A DNA stretch of 64,000 bases from the human T2T-CHM13v2.0 reference genome, Homo sapiens, in the NCBI RefSeq assembly GCF_009914755.1, contig NC_060929.1; one strand, 5' to 3'. Under the pieces are notes generated by a model. That model ran no database searches, was not told the origin of the DNA, and saw nothing but the letters and a program-made list of their open reading frames with translations. Positions 11,851-26,185 of this stretch are shown here, in pieces. Both the position numbers and the translations under genes were made by a program. Each line of letters opens with the position of its first letter. The first letter of the stretch is position 1.

Positions 11851-13699
11851 AAGTCCAATCTATTATTTTGTCTTTTTGTTATGCTTTTTATGTTACAATT
11901 AAGAAATCTTTTCTTAATGCAAGGTCATAAATGTGTCCTCCCCTGTTTTCCTCTAGAAGTCTTATAGTTTGTGTTTTAAATTTAGGTCTACCACCCATTT
12001 TGTGTTAATTTTTTGTATATGATGTGAGGTGTAGGTTGAGGTATCTTTTATTGCACATGGATGTTCATTTGTTCCAGCCCCATTTGTTGAAAAGATTATT
12101 CTTTCTTCATGTAGTCTTTTTTGCACATCTGTCAAAAATCATTGACCACATTTGTATGAGTCTATTTCTGCACTCTCTGTTTCCTTGATCTATATGCTTA
12201 TCCTTTCACTAATTCCCACTGTCTTTATTTCTGTAGCTTTATGTTATCTTAAAACTAGGTACTTTGAGTCCTCCAGCTTTGCTTTTCTTTTTCAAATTAT
12301 CTTGGCTTTTCTCATTCCTTCCCTTTACGTATAAATTTAAAAATAAGCTTGTTCATATCTACAAGAAGTTCTGCTGAACTGTGTTAAATCTATTGATCAG
12401 TTTGGGAAAGAACTGACATTTAAACTCTTTTGAATTCTCCAAACCACAAAGATAATATGTACTTCTCTTATTTAGGTGTTCTTTGATTTATTTCATTCAT
12501 GTTTTATAGTTTCCAACATACAGTTTTCACATATGTTTTATAAAATTTATATCTAGTATTTCATTTTTTCAGCTATTGGAAATATTTACAAATTTTTCTT
12601 CATTTTAATTTTCATCATTATATATAGAAATGTTGATTCTTGTGTGTTGTCCTTATATTCTGTGACCTTGCTAAACTCACTTACTAGTGCCTTTAGATTC
12701 TTTGGGATTTTCTACATAGACAAACATGTTGTCTGAAAATATGGATTGTTGACCTTGAATAAACACCTAGTTCAAATGTATTTCTTAAAATGGTGAGAAA
12801 ATGCTCAGAAATGTGCATTTACATTGCTTTGAAGATTGATAAGTTTTTCTTTCTAGGAACAAAATTTTGTCAACAATTTTTTGCTGGTTTTTAACCCAAA
12901 TTAATGGCTCAGAGCTTTTTATGTAGTCAATTCAGTAAGCAGTTTTGTAGCATATTCACTATTTATTTCTTGCTCTCTGTTCAACAGAGGTATTAACTGA
13001 GATTCCTTAGTTCTCAACTATTTGAGAATTTCTTTTCTTTCCTTTTGATCCATAAATCTCCCAAGTTTATTTATTATTGACATGAATTTCTAGCCCTAAT
13101 ATGGAGGATGACTCCAAACCATCTATCAAGACATGTTGATACCTTTAACTTTTGATGATAGGGCCATTGTTTTGATAACATCAATTTCAGGAAATTATTA
13201 GTTTGCTTGACTTTCATTAAAAAGTTCAACTCCTCAATTTTTTCAAAGGTATTGACAAACTTAAATTAGAAGAGAAAGAGAAGCTCATTATCCTGATCGG
13301 TCAAAAGTTAAATGAATTTCTCAGAGAGATGTTGTAGAGACATCCATACAATACAGGATAATTAACACTCATTCCTTAATGGAGATCTTAGAAATTAGAT
13401 TTTAAAAGAGTGTGGACTTCAAATTCACTCCCCCTCCCTCCCTTTAGGGCTGCAGTTATGGGGAAAGAATGTTTATGGAAAGCTCCAATTGAAATACTAG
13501 TGGAGCTAAGTCAGCAGATGTGTACAGCTGTAAACCTGGGAGATATTTCTGCTTTTGACATTTAGGATGAGTTTTTTTAAGAAAGAGTTGCACTAACAGT
13601 TTACATAAAAGTGTTTAAAACATTTTAATTGTTCATTAAATTGTCACAACTATTCTGTAGAGCTGATAGTATTATTATCCCTAAATAAGAAGACTGAAA

Positions 13700-16200
13700 G
13701 TTGACCACTGGATTGAGCAAATTGGAAGTCGTTGATCACCTTGACTGGAGCAGTTATGGAAGAGTGGAGGACATGCCTGGAGAGAGCTAAGAGAGCAGAA
13801 CAGGTATTGTGCCACTGATATCGACAGCTCTTTTGAGGAATTTTATTGCAAAAGAGAGCAGAGAAATGGAAAAGTAGCTGATGTGAGAAGTAGGGTCAAG
13901 AGAAGCTTGTTTTTTCCCTTCTTCCCTCTCTCCTTCCTTCCTCCCTTCCTTTCTTCCTTCCTCCCTCCTCCTTATAGGAGAAACTATGATATTTTGTATG
14001 CTGATGGGAATTTTCTAGTAGGTAGATACGCTGATCATTGTCTATGATATCAGTAGATCATTACATTAATCCAGTAGTTCAGAAGCATATATGAGGGAGG
14101 ATTGAATATAGTGTATTGAGGCAGGAGAACAGGGTCTGGAGGCAGGGAACTTAAGGCCAATTCATGCTGAATCAAGGAAAACATCAAGGTCTAGGGGCAG
14201 ATAATCAGAGGCCAATTTGTGCTGACTTCCTAAAAGAAAAAACACCAAGGTCTGGGGGCAGGGAATCTCAGGCCAATTTGTGCTGACTTCCCAAAGCTGG
14301 ATCAAAAGGAAAACACCTGGGTCTGGGGGCCGAACACCTAAAGCTTCTTAAAGCTAAACCAAAAGGAAAAACCCCATCTCTCCACCTGAGTAACAAAGGA
14401 TCAAAGGCTACTCTCCCTACAACCCTCTCCCTTCCACCAGTGTCAGATGGAAAGGGAGAGTGCCTGGGATTGGTTGCAGGCCAAGGCAGGACCATCCCTT
14501 CATCTGCACAGGGCACCAATTCACATCAGCCTTTAATTAGCCACAGACCAAATCCTTCATGCAGATAAGGGGCAGCTGGTAAGAACTGAAAAATGAGTGC
14601 TTAAAACCCAGAAAACTTTGTAACTGGGCCCTTGAGTCACTTGCTCAGGCCCATGCCCACCTTGTGGAGCGCTTTCTCACTTTAATAAATTGCTGCTTTC
14701 ACTGCTTCATTACCGTATTTCTTTCCTCTGCTACTTTGTGCATTTTGTTCAATTCTTTGTTTAAAATGCCAAGGACCTGGACAACTCATTGTCAAGACCC
14801 TCCACCACTAACAGTATGAGTAGAGGAATACATGTATATATAGAATCACATATGGTTTAGCTACAGTAATAGGAGGAAAGGTCAGTATGTAGGTGAGGAT
14901 GCTATTCGGTGGGTGCATGGATGGTGGGGTCCTGTAGACATTTTCCTCCTGTTGCTTCAATTTTTTCTTTCAGTGCAATAGAAATAAAAATTATCAGTTG
15001 AAAGTAAGAATAGGGGAAGAGGTGGTGGAAGTTTGGGGAGAGGAGAGAGTAGATCTGAAATAGCTTTTAGGAGAAGATGAGAAGAGATGGATTAGAAAAA
15101 CCGGATATGATTGCTGGAGAACAATAGAGCCCATTTGAAGTTCATGGTCATAAATTTAGAATGAGGTCAGTTAATGTGGTTGTTTTTTTTCCTAACCACA
15201 TTCACCTTCCTGGGTGCTAGCATGGAGCAGATAGAGAATTATATTTTACCAGGGTTGTGTTTTTGCCAAAGAGTGCAACAAGTCAAGAGAGGGGCAGAGG
15301 AGCTGAAGTGTACCTGAGGGAGTGATCACAGTGACAGATCATGGAATTGAAGCTGATATGAAAGGAAGACAGGACTTTGATGGGGAGAGGGAAAGTGAAA
15401 AGATGGCTTGATCAGTTCTGAGGTTAGAAGACCTGGGGGGAGGTGAAAGATTGACAGAGTTGAGGCATTCAAGGGAGATGGAAAAACTGGAGTCAGAGAG
15501 TGTGATGTGCAATGCTTAGATAATGGAGGGTTTGCATTTATTGGTCATGGCAAGTGTTGGCTCACATAGGCTCTCGATGACTAAGGTACAGAGGAGGTTA
15601 AGACTGCTAGAGGAGGTAAGTCCATAAAACTGAGCCAGCGTGTTGGAATGATGACCTGTGTATATATTGAGGTGCCAAGAATTTAAACAGCAAGAACCAA
15701 AATTGTGATAGAGTGACCCAGTGTTGCAGACTACAACAATGAGAGATAATGGGTGATATAATATGTTGAAATATAATTCAAAGGTAGATGTTCTTAGAGA
15801 GGAGAGAAAGGAGAAGAAGAGAAACTTCTTTCTTGGAATTGGCAAGAAACAGCAAGGGGGATGCCCACCCCATCTCCAAGCCTAGTGCTCTGAAGATTGG
15901 GGGCAAAACCACCTCCACTTGAAAGGGCTGCAGGAACACTGTGTCCTCAGGGCAGCCAGTCTTTAGAGAGGGCAAGAAGGTGGCACATCGCTCAGAGAAG
16001 GGGTTCAGTGATGGGGGCTTTGCTGAGGAGGGACTGTGACTTCCATAGCATGAAATAGGAGAGCATTTGGAGATGAAAAGGAAGGTATGAGGATGGAGGA
16101 AGGGATCTGACAGTCTTCTGGAGAATCACGTGCAGGTTCTGAGGGGTGACTTGGGAGACAGTGGCTTCCCACGGTGAGGACCCATAGAGGGATTAAAACG
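13700..16200 (-). mobile_element. Long degenerate L2 element, interrupted by a MER51 LTR
   Basis: Purine-rich L2 antisense (gaccactggatt...gatcaccttgactggagcagtt; gagaagtagggtcaagagaag). Boundaries approximate. Confidence 0.7.
14117..14813 (+). mobile_element. MER51-family ERV1 solo LTR with internal ~60-bp tandem units
   Basis: Starts tgaggcaggagaacagggtctggaggcagggaac, ends taaca; 4-bp TSD GTAT; internal AATAAA; repeated ggtctgggggcag...ggccaatttgtgctgacttcc units. Confidence 0.85.
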
Positions 16201-19200
16201 TGTAATTACAGGATGTTGAGAGGATTCAACGCGGTAAAGTGGGGAAGCACACAGCCCAATGCTGGGCGCACAAGTCACCTTCAGTACCCTTTGGCTAACA
16301 CAGGACTTAGAAGTTGCATCTTGCCCAAGTGTTTTCTTTCTGCACATCCCCAACTCAGCTGATGGGTAAGAAAGCTCTGGATGTTAAAATTTAACACACA
16401 TGGCTGAATTTTTATTAATTAAAACTGGAATCATTAAAACAATTAATAGATGTGAAATACTGGGTAAGAACCTGAGCCTAGTGCTCGTTATGGCAGATGA
16501 AAATTGAAAAGCTTCAATCCATGTTTTAGCTTCCATGGATACAATTAATTGTTTCATTAACCTTCACCGTATCAATAAACTCATGCTCCAAAGGATCAAG
16601 GCAAGTACCCTTTGGCATTTCATCTCCATTTAGGAATGCAGATCCAAGGAAGGTGGTTCAAGTTTAGTGCAGAGACCGACAACATTTATTGCCTCAGCTT
16701 TCTCAGGGGGATTTAGGCAACTCCTGGGTCCTCAGAGTCCAGGGTTCTGCCCCAAGGGTAGAGCAGGATAGGGCTGGCTCTTTGTCTCAGTGATCCCCTG
16801 AGAGGTCTGACACTCCAGCTCTGCCACTGGTTACCTGCTGCTTCCCTGACTTTATATGCTCTCTGCAGGAGGCTTTCCTTTATTAATCCCAAACATACTC
16901 CCTGCTTTTCCAAAGGGATCGCTGTGTCCTAAGTGTTTCAGCATTCAGGAAAGATGGCTGTGCATTGGTGATCTTAGAATTTTTCGTCACAGGCCTGATC
17001 AGTTTTTGCATGAGAAGGATGACTGGGTGGTCAGTATTTGGGTTCAAATCACAGCTCTGCTGCATCATGGCTGTATGATTTTGAGTGTATAACTTAATCT
17101 CTCTGTGTGCTCTAATTTAGTCTGTATAATGGGGCTGATAATGCCATCTACTTTATAGGGTTGTTGCAAGGAGCAAACTGAAAAAGATAACCCAAATAAG
17201 GTGCTTCACACAATATGTGGCAAGTATTGACCAATATTATGATGACCTAGAGTGTATAGGTTAGCAGAGAGCATAAGCACAGATAACTTGTCTATTTGGG
17301 GGTTGATCTTCAAGTGCCTCATCTAACAAAGCTGGCAAACCTCCTCATTGGATTTATTTCCAGAGCTTCACCCTGTGTGAGTCCCAAGGTAGAAGGTGCA
17401 GGCAGCAGGGAAGAAGTTTGGGGCACAGAAATTGGGGCAGGGTCCTGCTCACTTACCCCTCAAGTGCAGGCGCCTGGACGCTGAACACTGAGTCTGCAGG
17501 TCACTGCGCACCACCTTCCTCAGCCAGGCAGTGCTGACAGTGCTTCTGCTGGCACATTGGTCTCCAATCTTGTTTTTTGTTTACTTAATTGTCAGCTACT
17601 GACATTGTGAGGGGCCCATAGCACATTGACATGGCATTTGTGAAATCCCAGAAGTAATGGATTGCTCTGCTTGTTGTTTTTTTAACAAGTCCCCTCTGTT
17701 AGATTCAGAGGCTTGCTTGAGGACAAACACTGTCTTTCAAGGAAACGACTCAGGTATTTTATTAGCAACTCAGGTATTATATCCACTAATTCAGCAGACA
17801 TATTTGGGCACCCACTGTATGCCAGGCACTGAGAATGTAAACCTACTAAAAGAAAGCCCTTGCTCTGAAGGGTCTCAGAGTCCTTCTAGAGACAATACAA
17901 GTAGCCAGATGAGGACCACAGGGTGATGTAAGTGCCTTGCGACAGGGTTGGGGCATGCTACCTGAGTTTCGGATATCACGGGGTTTCCAAAAGGAGGCAG
18001 AGTATGAATTGAGACCTGAGGATGAACAGAAGCTAGCAGGGGTAAACAGGTATGAGGAGAGGAGGTGGCAGGGAATGGACATTCCAGGAAGTGGGACCAG
18101 CAAGTGCAACAGGAAGAGATCATGTACAAATGTGTGGACTGTGATGAATACGAGCTGACTTTAATCACAGCATGGTCATATGCGTAAGTTATGCACATAA
18201 TTCAATATTTTATGTATTTCTCATAAATAGGCATGGATATGCTTATTTACCAAGAAAGGAATTCATGTGCACTCTCTGCACATCCTTAGCCAGGTTAAAG
18301 ATGCTGCTTGGTTCTCTCTCGTGGAACTCCTGGAAGAGCCTCTCCTCAGCTTTCTGCTTTTCCTGCTGGTTCAACTGCGGTAAAACTGGGAGTCAGGTTT
18401 GCCTATATGAACTTAGTCTTGTCCCCACAACCCACCCCTCACAGCCACCCAGCATTCTCTGTTTTCTCTCTCTCTGACACACATACACATACCCACACAC
18501 CACCTTATCACCCACAGGTTAGTGCTCCATGGTAGAGTGCTTCCTATAGGCCGTGACTCAGAGAATCCTTCAGGACATGTGAGTTGAAAGAGAAAGAGGG
18601 ACCTTTGGGAAGCCCTGTGGCTCACATACATGGAAGCAGTCCCACCTGTCCCCTGCCCACCTGCCCCGCCCCCACATGGGGGTGGCCAAAGCATGATTGA
18701 TTGGTCTGTGCACCCATTAGGATGTAAGAAAATATTAAAAGATATAACTATTGCTGTTATTACTGCCATTGGTTATCATTTATCAAGTGCTTACTATGTC
18801 CAGGCTCTGGGCTAAGTGCTTTATATATTTATCTCATTGAATTCTCATGACAAACCTAGGAAATATATACTATCATCATTTTTGTCTTATGGACAGAGGA
18901 ACCGAGGCCCAGAGACTTTGGTGGCAGCTGGGATCTGGATTTAGGTATAGCTCACTCCAGAGTCCATGATCCATGATCGTAATACTGGTAAGTACTCATT
19001 TGCTAGAAACACTGACTGCCCTTGTAGTGCTCTAAAACCCTGAACATGCCCTGAAGGGCAGGTGTGGGAGGAGCATTCAAGGACCTCTCTTTGAAAGGGA
19101 AGAGAAAGATGAGGGCCTCTTGTTAAAAGGCAAAAGTGCTGAAACTTTAGGTAAAGCAATACCCTGTGTTTACACACCCGAGGGAAGGACAGGAGATGAG

Positions 19201-20319
19201 ACTGGCTGAGCTCTGGGAGCTGAGTCCACCCCACGCTAAGTCACCAGCAGGTGTGTGGCAACAATTGGAAAATCAGGGTAGGAGTTGTCTCTAATGGAAC
19301 AGGCGGCTCCTATTGCTCTCAAGGTCCTAAGCCTCTTAGCAAAGTGCCAGACTCTCCACTCCACCACACCCTTTTTGGACTCTCACCCGGAGATCATCAC
19401 CCCCTTTCTGAAATGAGTCCTCCAGCCCCAGCTGCTATCACTGTTTCCATGGTGAGAGGTTATGGGAATGGGTGGGTAAGCAGAGGGTTTATGGAGTCCC
19501 CCCGCCAGCAGTGGCTGGGGGAAACTTGCAGCTCATTCCTCAGGTATAGAGAGAAGAATGTGGTGGGATGAGGCTGCATTGCTCATGCCAGCTAAATTCC
19601 AAAGGGGGTAGCATGGTGACTGCTGCTCTGAGTGCACTGGCTTTTAACAAGCACATTTTCTGGGGTGTCTTTGCCCTGTTGGAGCTGAAGCACACATAAC
19701 AGCTACACAGTGTTGCAGAATTAAGCACTCTCTCTACCTGGATCCTTCCAAGGCTTCATCCACAAAGTATGCCTAAGCCACTTTTGCCCAAGGATTGGCT
19801 CATGGAAGATCTCAAGTATACATTCATTTACTCATTTAATCAACAAAAATGAATAGAGCATCTAGGGTGTGCTGAGCTCTGTGCCAGGGCCCTGGAGGTA
19901 CAATGGAGAGTGAGGCAGGCATGGTCTTGCCTTCATGGAGCTGACAGACCAGAGGAACACGTAGATGATAAAGGTCCTGCAGTTAAGTGGGATGAGGAAC
20001 TCTCCTTTTAGTGCAAATTAAACTTGAGTTCCTTTACATCCAGCTTCATAGTTATTCCTGGGGAAACATTTCTTTCCAAATAAACCCAACTGGTAAGCTG
20101 CAGTAACTGGATATAATTCTGTTAGCTCAAAAGCTTGAGAGGTTTCCAGAAATCCACTTTTACAAAGTTGTTCCGCTCAGTTCAGCATGTGCTTACTGAG
20201 CCTTGTGTGCGCCAGAGCTGTAGCCGGCACTGGAGATTCTAGGAAGAGTGAGCTGGGTTATTGCTCACCCAAGGGGGAGATAACACACAAGTCAGTCATT
20301 TCAGTATTCCCTAGTGAGA

Positions 20320-21240
20320 GCAAGTCACTCACTCACCAAGTATTCCCCAGGTACCCACTCTGTGCCAAGGCTGTCCTAAATCTGAGATACAACCATGAGC
20401 AGAATGGACAGTCCCTACTCTCATGGAGCTTATATTTTATTGGGGGTATAGGAACTGCAGAGGTAAGCAGAGGGTTTATGCAGTGGCTGGGGGAAACTTG
20501 CAGCTCATTCCTCAGGTATAGAGAGAAGAACGTGGTGGGATGAGGCTGCATTGAGAGAGAGTGCTATTTTATATAGATGTGAACCAGGAACTCCCTGATG
20601 AGGTGATTTTGAATAGAGAGTTGAAGGAGGTGAAGGAGAGAGTTACCCAAATATATAAGGAAAGAATATTCCAGACAGAGGGTCCCCGTGCTAAGAGGAA
20701 GAAGAGTACAAAGCCAAGAGAAAGTGAGTGTCTGGGGTTTTTGAGGAGTAGCTAAGAGGCCAGCCCTAGGTGCAATGTGGGTAGGAGTGGAACAGGAAGA
20801 GATGAGGCTAAGGGAGCAGCAGGAGCACGATGATCAGAGCCCCGACAGGCACCTGCACGGACTGTGACGACTGCAGCTTTTCCTATGGCGAGATGGGGAG
20901 GCACTGACTGGAGGGCTTCAAGGAGGAGAGTTGACATATGATTTATGCTGTAAGAGGATCCCTCTGGCTGCCAGGATGGAAGAAACTGTAAGGGGCAAGA
21001 GCAAAAGCAGGAAGAGCAATTAGGAGGCTATTGCAATTACCCTGAGGAGAGACAAACGTGACTTGGACCAGAAGGGAATTGAGTAAGGAGAGGAGGAGTA
21101 TAAAATTCTGAATGTCTTTGAAAGATAGAACCAAGAGGATTTATTGATGAATGCTAAGTAAGGAAAAAACAAACAAACAAACAAACAAGAATGAATCTAA
21201 GGTTTTGGCTTGAGCAACTAGAAAGATAGAGTTACTATTT
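20320..21240 (-). mobile_element. L2 element carrying a 92-bp templated insert
   Basis: L2 antisense motifs (tgtgccaagg, cagtccctactctcatggagcttatatt, ttttggcttgagcaactagaaagatagagtt). Confidence 0.8.
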
Positions 21241-21244
21241 GTAA

Positions 21245-21660
21245 AACATGCACTAGGAGAGGTTTCACAATTGCTTAGCAAATACTTCCTCTCTCCCTTT
21301 TTGTCTCTATGAGAGAAACACACTTTCTTCCCCATTGATGTTGGGTTTGGTCATAGGACTTGCTTCAGCCAGCAAAATGTGGGTGGAAATGATAGCATAT
21401 GTGTTCTAAGCCTAGGTATTAAGAGGCCTGCATCTCGCAGTTTTCTTTGTCCTTCGAGGAGCTGCTGACCACTGCCAAGAGAAGAATGTGCCTAGGTGGC
21501 CACTACTTATACATCTTGGGCCCCAGAATGAGATACATAGAGCAGCCTCCTCCACTAACCCTCAGAATTGTGAACATGAAAATAAATGTTAATTGCATAG
21601 ACTATTGTGTTTTGGGGTGGTTTGTTACACAGCCTGACTGTGGCAGTAACTCACTGATAA
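21245..21660 (+). mobile_element. MLT1-type MaLR LTR
   Basis: gatgttgggtttggtcataggacttgctt...aataaatgtt...ttttggggtggtttgttacacagc...taactcactgata. Confidence 0.75.
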
Positions 21661-24125
21661 AGGGAGGAAGGTAGGCTCAGTGCTTTGGGACATCAACATC
21701 AAAGACAGGCTCTTAGCCCTATCTGGGTGCTCAGGGATGTTGCCCCAGAGGTAATAAGTTGTTGCTGAGTCTGAAGGCTAAGTCAGTGTTTCCCAGTTCA
21801 AGAGGTTGGAACAGGGCATTCCAAGCTGAGGACAGCGTAAGTAAAGGCACAGAGGCACAAAAACATGATATATGATTATACAGGGAACTATGCAAGTAGA
21901 TGTATAGGTTGTCAGAAGACGAGTTAGGAGAAGTTAACAGGAGCTGGATCATGGAGGATTTTGTATTCTTGTGTAAGGAGATTGGACTTTATAACATAGG
22001 CAGTGAGGGCCACGAAAACCTTTTCAGCAGGAGAATATCATGGTCTGATTTATATTGACATGCTGTCCTTCTGGCCTTATGTGGAGGACAGCTTCAGTGT
22101 TTCAGATTTCATGGCCTGGAGGCAGAAGGATAGGTAGAATCTGTTGGAATCATCTGGTCAAGCGCAGTGGTGGTAAGGATACAGGGATGGAAATGGAAAC
22201 ATTCAAATTTTAATACCAGCAGGATTTAAAGTACAGGGAGAAAGTGAGAGCTCAATATGTGGCATGCTTGGAACAGCAAACATTGGAATGGATTTTCCTA
22301 ACATGTTAATGTCTGATGGAGTTATAGATGATTTTTCTTTTCTTCTTTTATACAAATTTATTTTCTACAGTAATCATGCATTGCCCATATAATTACAAAA
22401 ACATTTTGGATATGTTACAGTGTTTAAATCTGACTGTTTTCCTTTGGATCAAGTTTGCTGAACCCTAGAATTTCAATGTTGGAGAGGGATACCCACCCTT
22501 GATGCTCTCTTGGCCAGGGTTGCTGTCTTCTCTGAAAATTTGATTTTTTTTTAAAATAACAAATTGAAAAATTATCCAAAAAGAGGTTCAGAGTGAATGT
22601 GACCTATGCATCTTATTTGTACTAATTTTATACTGTGAAAACATTTCAGAGAAACACTAATTCAGAATTGGCATCATCAGATAACATGCCCTTCCAGAAG
22701 ATTGTGTCATGACTCATCTGATTATGGATTCAGAGTAAGAAATGTGCATGAGACTCATTTAAAAGAGTAATTAAAGAGCACCATATGTATAGAAGTGACT
22801 TTTTAAAAATTGCTGTGATTGCTGAAAATGCTATTGATTAAGATGGGCTAACAGCTAAATGGCGAAGTAGCAATTAAAAAATGTAGATCCCTGCTAACAA
22901 AAAATACAAATCAAGTTAGGCAAATCAGTACTTGTGATTTCTCTGCTCAAGGAGCACAACACACATTTCACTTTGGTGCTTCTGTCCATTATGTTCCCAA
23001 GTCTGGGCTGACACTCCTCTTTGTCACCTCTGAGAACTCTACTCCTTCTCAAGACAAGCTCAAAAGCAACTCCAGGATGGCTTTTCTGTATCCCTGAGGA
23101 AATCCACTCTTTCACGCTCTGGGCTCCCACAGCATTTTATTCTTTGGGTCCAATAGCCCTGTCAAAGTGCTCTCCATATTTTTAACACTTATACTTTATT
23201 CATTTGTAATTTCAGTGCAGAGAATAACACACTACAAGACTTAATAAATGTTGTGTCAATTGAAATGACTTAATACATACTCTGAGTCAAGTATCTTATT
23301 TATAAGGAAGCTGAGGAACAAGTAAGTGCTAGCATGTGGCTACCAGGGAATTGATCTAGAAGTGGTAAGAGGGTATACTTGGCTCTAAGAGATGGCCTTG
23401 AAGCCAAGGCTGACTGTTCAAGGCCCCTTATCTTGTATATAGGTCACTGTAGCAATTTTCTAAAAGCCCCGGGAGACATAGGTAAAAGATGAATAAGTGA
23501 TTGCATTTAAATAAGTTTAAATATAATCAGGAAAATCAGATTACAGTTTTTTGCTTTAAACTGATTTATCCAATGAATTACTGGATAGCCCTTGGAAGTA
23601 AGATTGATATCCACTTTGTAAATGAAGAGACTGAGGCTTGACATGATTCCATTGATCTCCACACCTTCAACAGACACCTATCTGCTGACAATTCCCAGGC
23701 TTTTACCTCCAACCTCAAACTGTATTCTAACGAGCTGATTTGAACTCCCAAGTGGTCATCTACCCTGGTAAGTCCTGCAGACATTTCAAAATCTGCAAGC
23801 TGAACATGTGGTGCTTACATCCAACATCCAAACCTGATCTTCTGCTTGCTGTTTTAGGAAATGGAGTTCCCTCCACTTAGCCCTTGGAGCTGGAAACCCT
23901 ATGTTCATCTTTGTCTCTGCCAATTAGTTACCAAGAGCTTTGGATTCTAATCTACAGTGTCTCTTATGTCTGACCCCTTCTCCCCATACCCACAGGCATG
24001 GTATTAATTTAAGTCCTTATCATTTAGTGTGTAGACTTTTGCAGTGGTTGGTACGTTTACTGGCAACAGTCCCATCTTCCATCCAGATGCCAAACCATCA
24101 TTCCCTTCATTAAAAAGCTACGAGA

Positions 24126-24448
<323 letters not shown>

Positions 24449-25010
24449 TCAAGCATCTTTATTATCAAACCTCCACATACCTCACTAACATCAACCCCCT
24501 TCCCACAAACCCAACTTCCCTCCTGCCACATCTGTCCACTGAGGACACTGAGCCCGGTCACACCTCTGCACATCCTCATTCTTCTGCCTTTATGTCTTTT
24601 TTCTCTTCTCCACTTGCCAAACTCTTACTCATTCTTCAAGGACCACTTTAAAATGTCTCTTCTGAGAAGCTTTCTCTCACGTTGCAGGCAGTTCATTGCT
24701 GTCTCCTCTGTGTTCTCACAGTATTTTGCTTATACTCTATTCCACTGTGATAATCTCTTTACACTCCGGTCCCCCACTTGCTTTGAGGACAGGGTCTGGA
24801 GCTCATTTTCACCGGCAGCCCTAATACCTGGTACAGTATCTGGCACACAGAAGGAAGACTACCTTTTGTGGGTAACTATTTAACCACTCTCAGTCTATTT
24901 CTTCACCTGTAAAATGGTAATAAAAATCTCTCCTTAAGATTTCAATTCAGATGTTGTTTATGAAAATGTTTTGTAGAAATGAGAAGCAGAAAGGGCTAGG
25001 GAAAGGAAGG

Positions 25011-25352
25011 TTTTTTTTTTTTAATATATATACTTTAAGTTCTAGGATACATGTACACAACGTGCAGGTTTGTTACATATGTATACATGTGCCACGTTGG
25101 TTTGCTGCACCCATTAACTCATCATTTATATTAGATATTTCTCCTAATGCTATCCCTCCCCCTTTCCCCCGATCCCAGGACAGGCCCCTGGGGTGTGATG
25201 TTCCCTGCCCTGTGTCCAAGTGTTCTCGTTGTTCAATTCCCACCTATGAGTGAGAACATGTGGTATTTAGTTATCTGTCCTTGTGATAGTTTGTTCAGAA
25301 TGATGGTTTCCAGCTACATCCATGTCCCTAGAAAGGACATGAACTCATCCTT
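25011..25352 (-). mobile_element. 5'-truncated L1PA 3' end
   Basis: Poly-T then tatactttaagttctagg...cccacctatgagtgagaacatg; TSD GGGAAAGGAAGG at 24999-25010 and 25353-25364. Confidence 0.95.
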
Positions 25353-25889
25353 GGGAAAGGAAGGATTATTAAGGGATTATTTAGTCTAAGCATCTGCCTT
25401 TATTCATCAGAAAGATGAACCACAGAATGGTGACAGGACTTGGCCAAGGTCACACAGCAGTTCACATTGTATAGCCTGGGTCTGCTGACTCAATGCCATT
25501 TCCTTCCACCTTTCTGATTCTGGAGGCTCACCTATTAAGGCCCCAAACTAGTAATGCCTTGAAGGATCTTCTTTTATGATGCCATATCATCTGTGACAAA
25601 GGCCATGTCCTGGGAAGAGTCTGTCCACAAGGCTTCAAGCTATTTGGTTCCCTTACGTAACCTCTAAAATCTTACTACCATGAGAAAACTCCTCAAATAT
25701 TTGCTTTGGGTGATGCACAGACTCAACAGTATGCTTCAAATCTGGTTTCTAAATTTGCAGTCTTAGAGGAGATACTATTTAGAGGAATAAACTCTTGCTC
25801 CTGATTTTTTTAGCTTAATTAAAATATTTTCTCTTCCTGAACATTTCCTGGAGCTCACTTTCATGTTTATGTTAAAATATCTGTTTTAG

Positions 25890-26185
<296 letters not shown>

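Larger units (their letters stand above)
10295..13300 (-). mobile_element. Old L1M fragments (3' UTR and ORF2 remnants), interrupted by Alu and THE1
   Basis: T-rich L1 antisense motifs (ccatgatgttgcatgcatcaatag, ttgcattcccctaatggctaat, ccatttgttgaaaagatt). 12760-13260 translates on the minus strand to FVNTFEKIEELNFL / DGF / LIPLLNRE, resembling L1 ORF2 YANKLENLEEMDKFL...GPDGF...LIPKPGRD. Confidence 0.8.

Noticed and set aside
12760-13300. Possible processed pseudogene in AT-rich sequence
   Set aside because: Minus-strand translation resembles highly diverged L1 ORF2, in the same orientation as the adjacent L1 fragments.
14130-14370. Regularly spaced ~60-bp repeats resembling a CRISPR array
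   Set aside because: Internal tandem units of a MER51 LTR; the intervening parts are also related, there are no cas genes, and the DNA is mammalian.
19251-20543. Two ORFs sharing the C-terminus QWLGETCSSFLRYREKNVVG as a paralogous peptide pair
   Set aside because: Fully explained by the 92-bp DNA duplication; no coding evidence.
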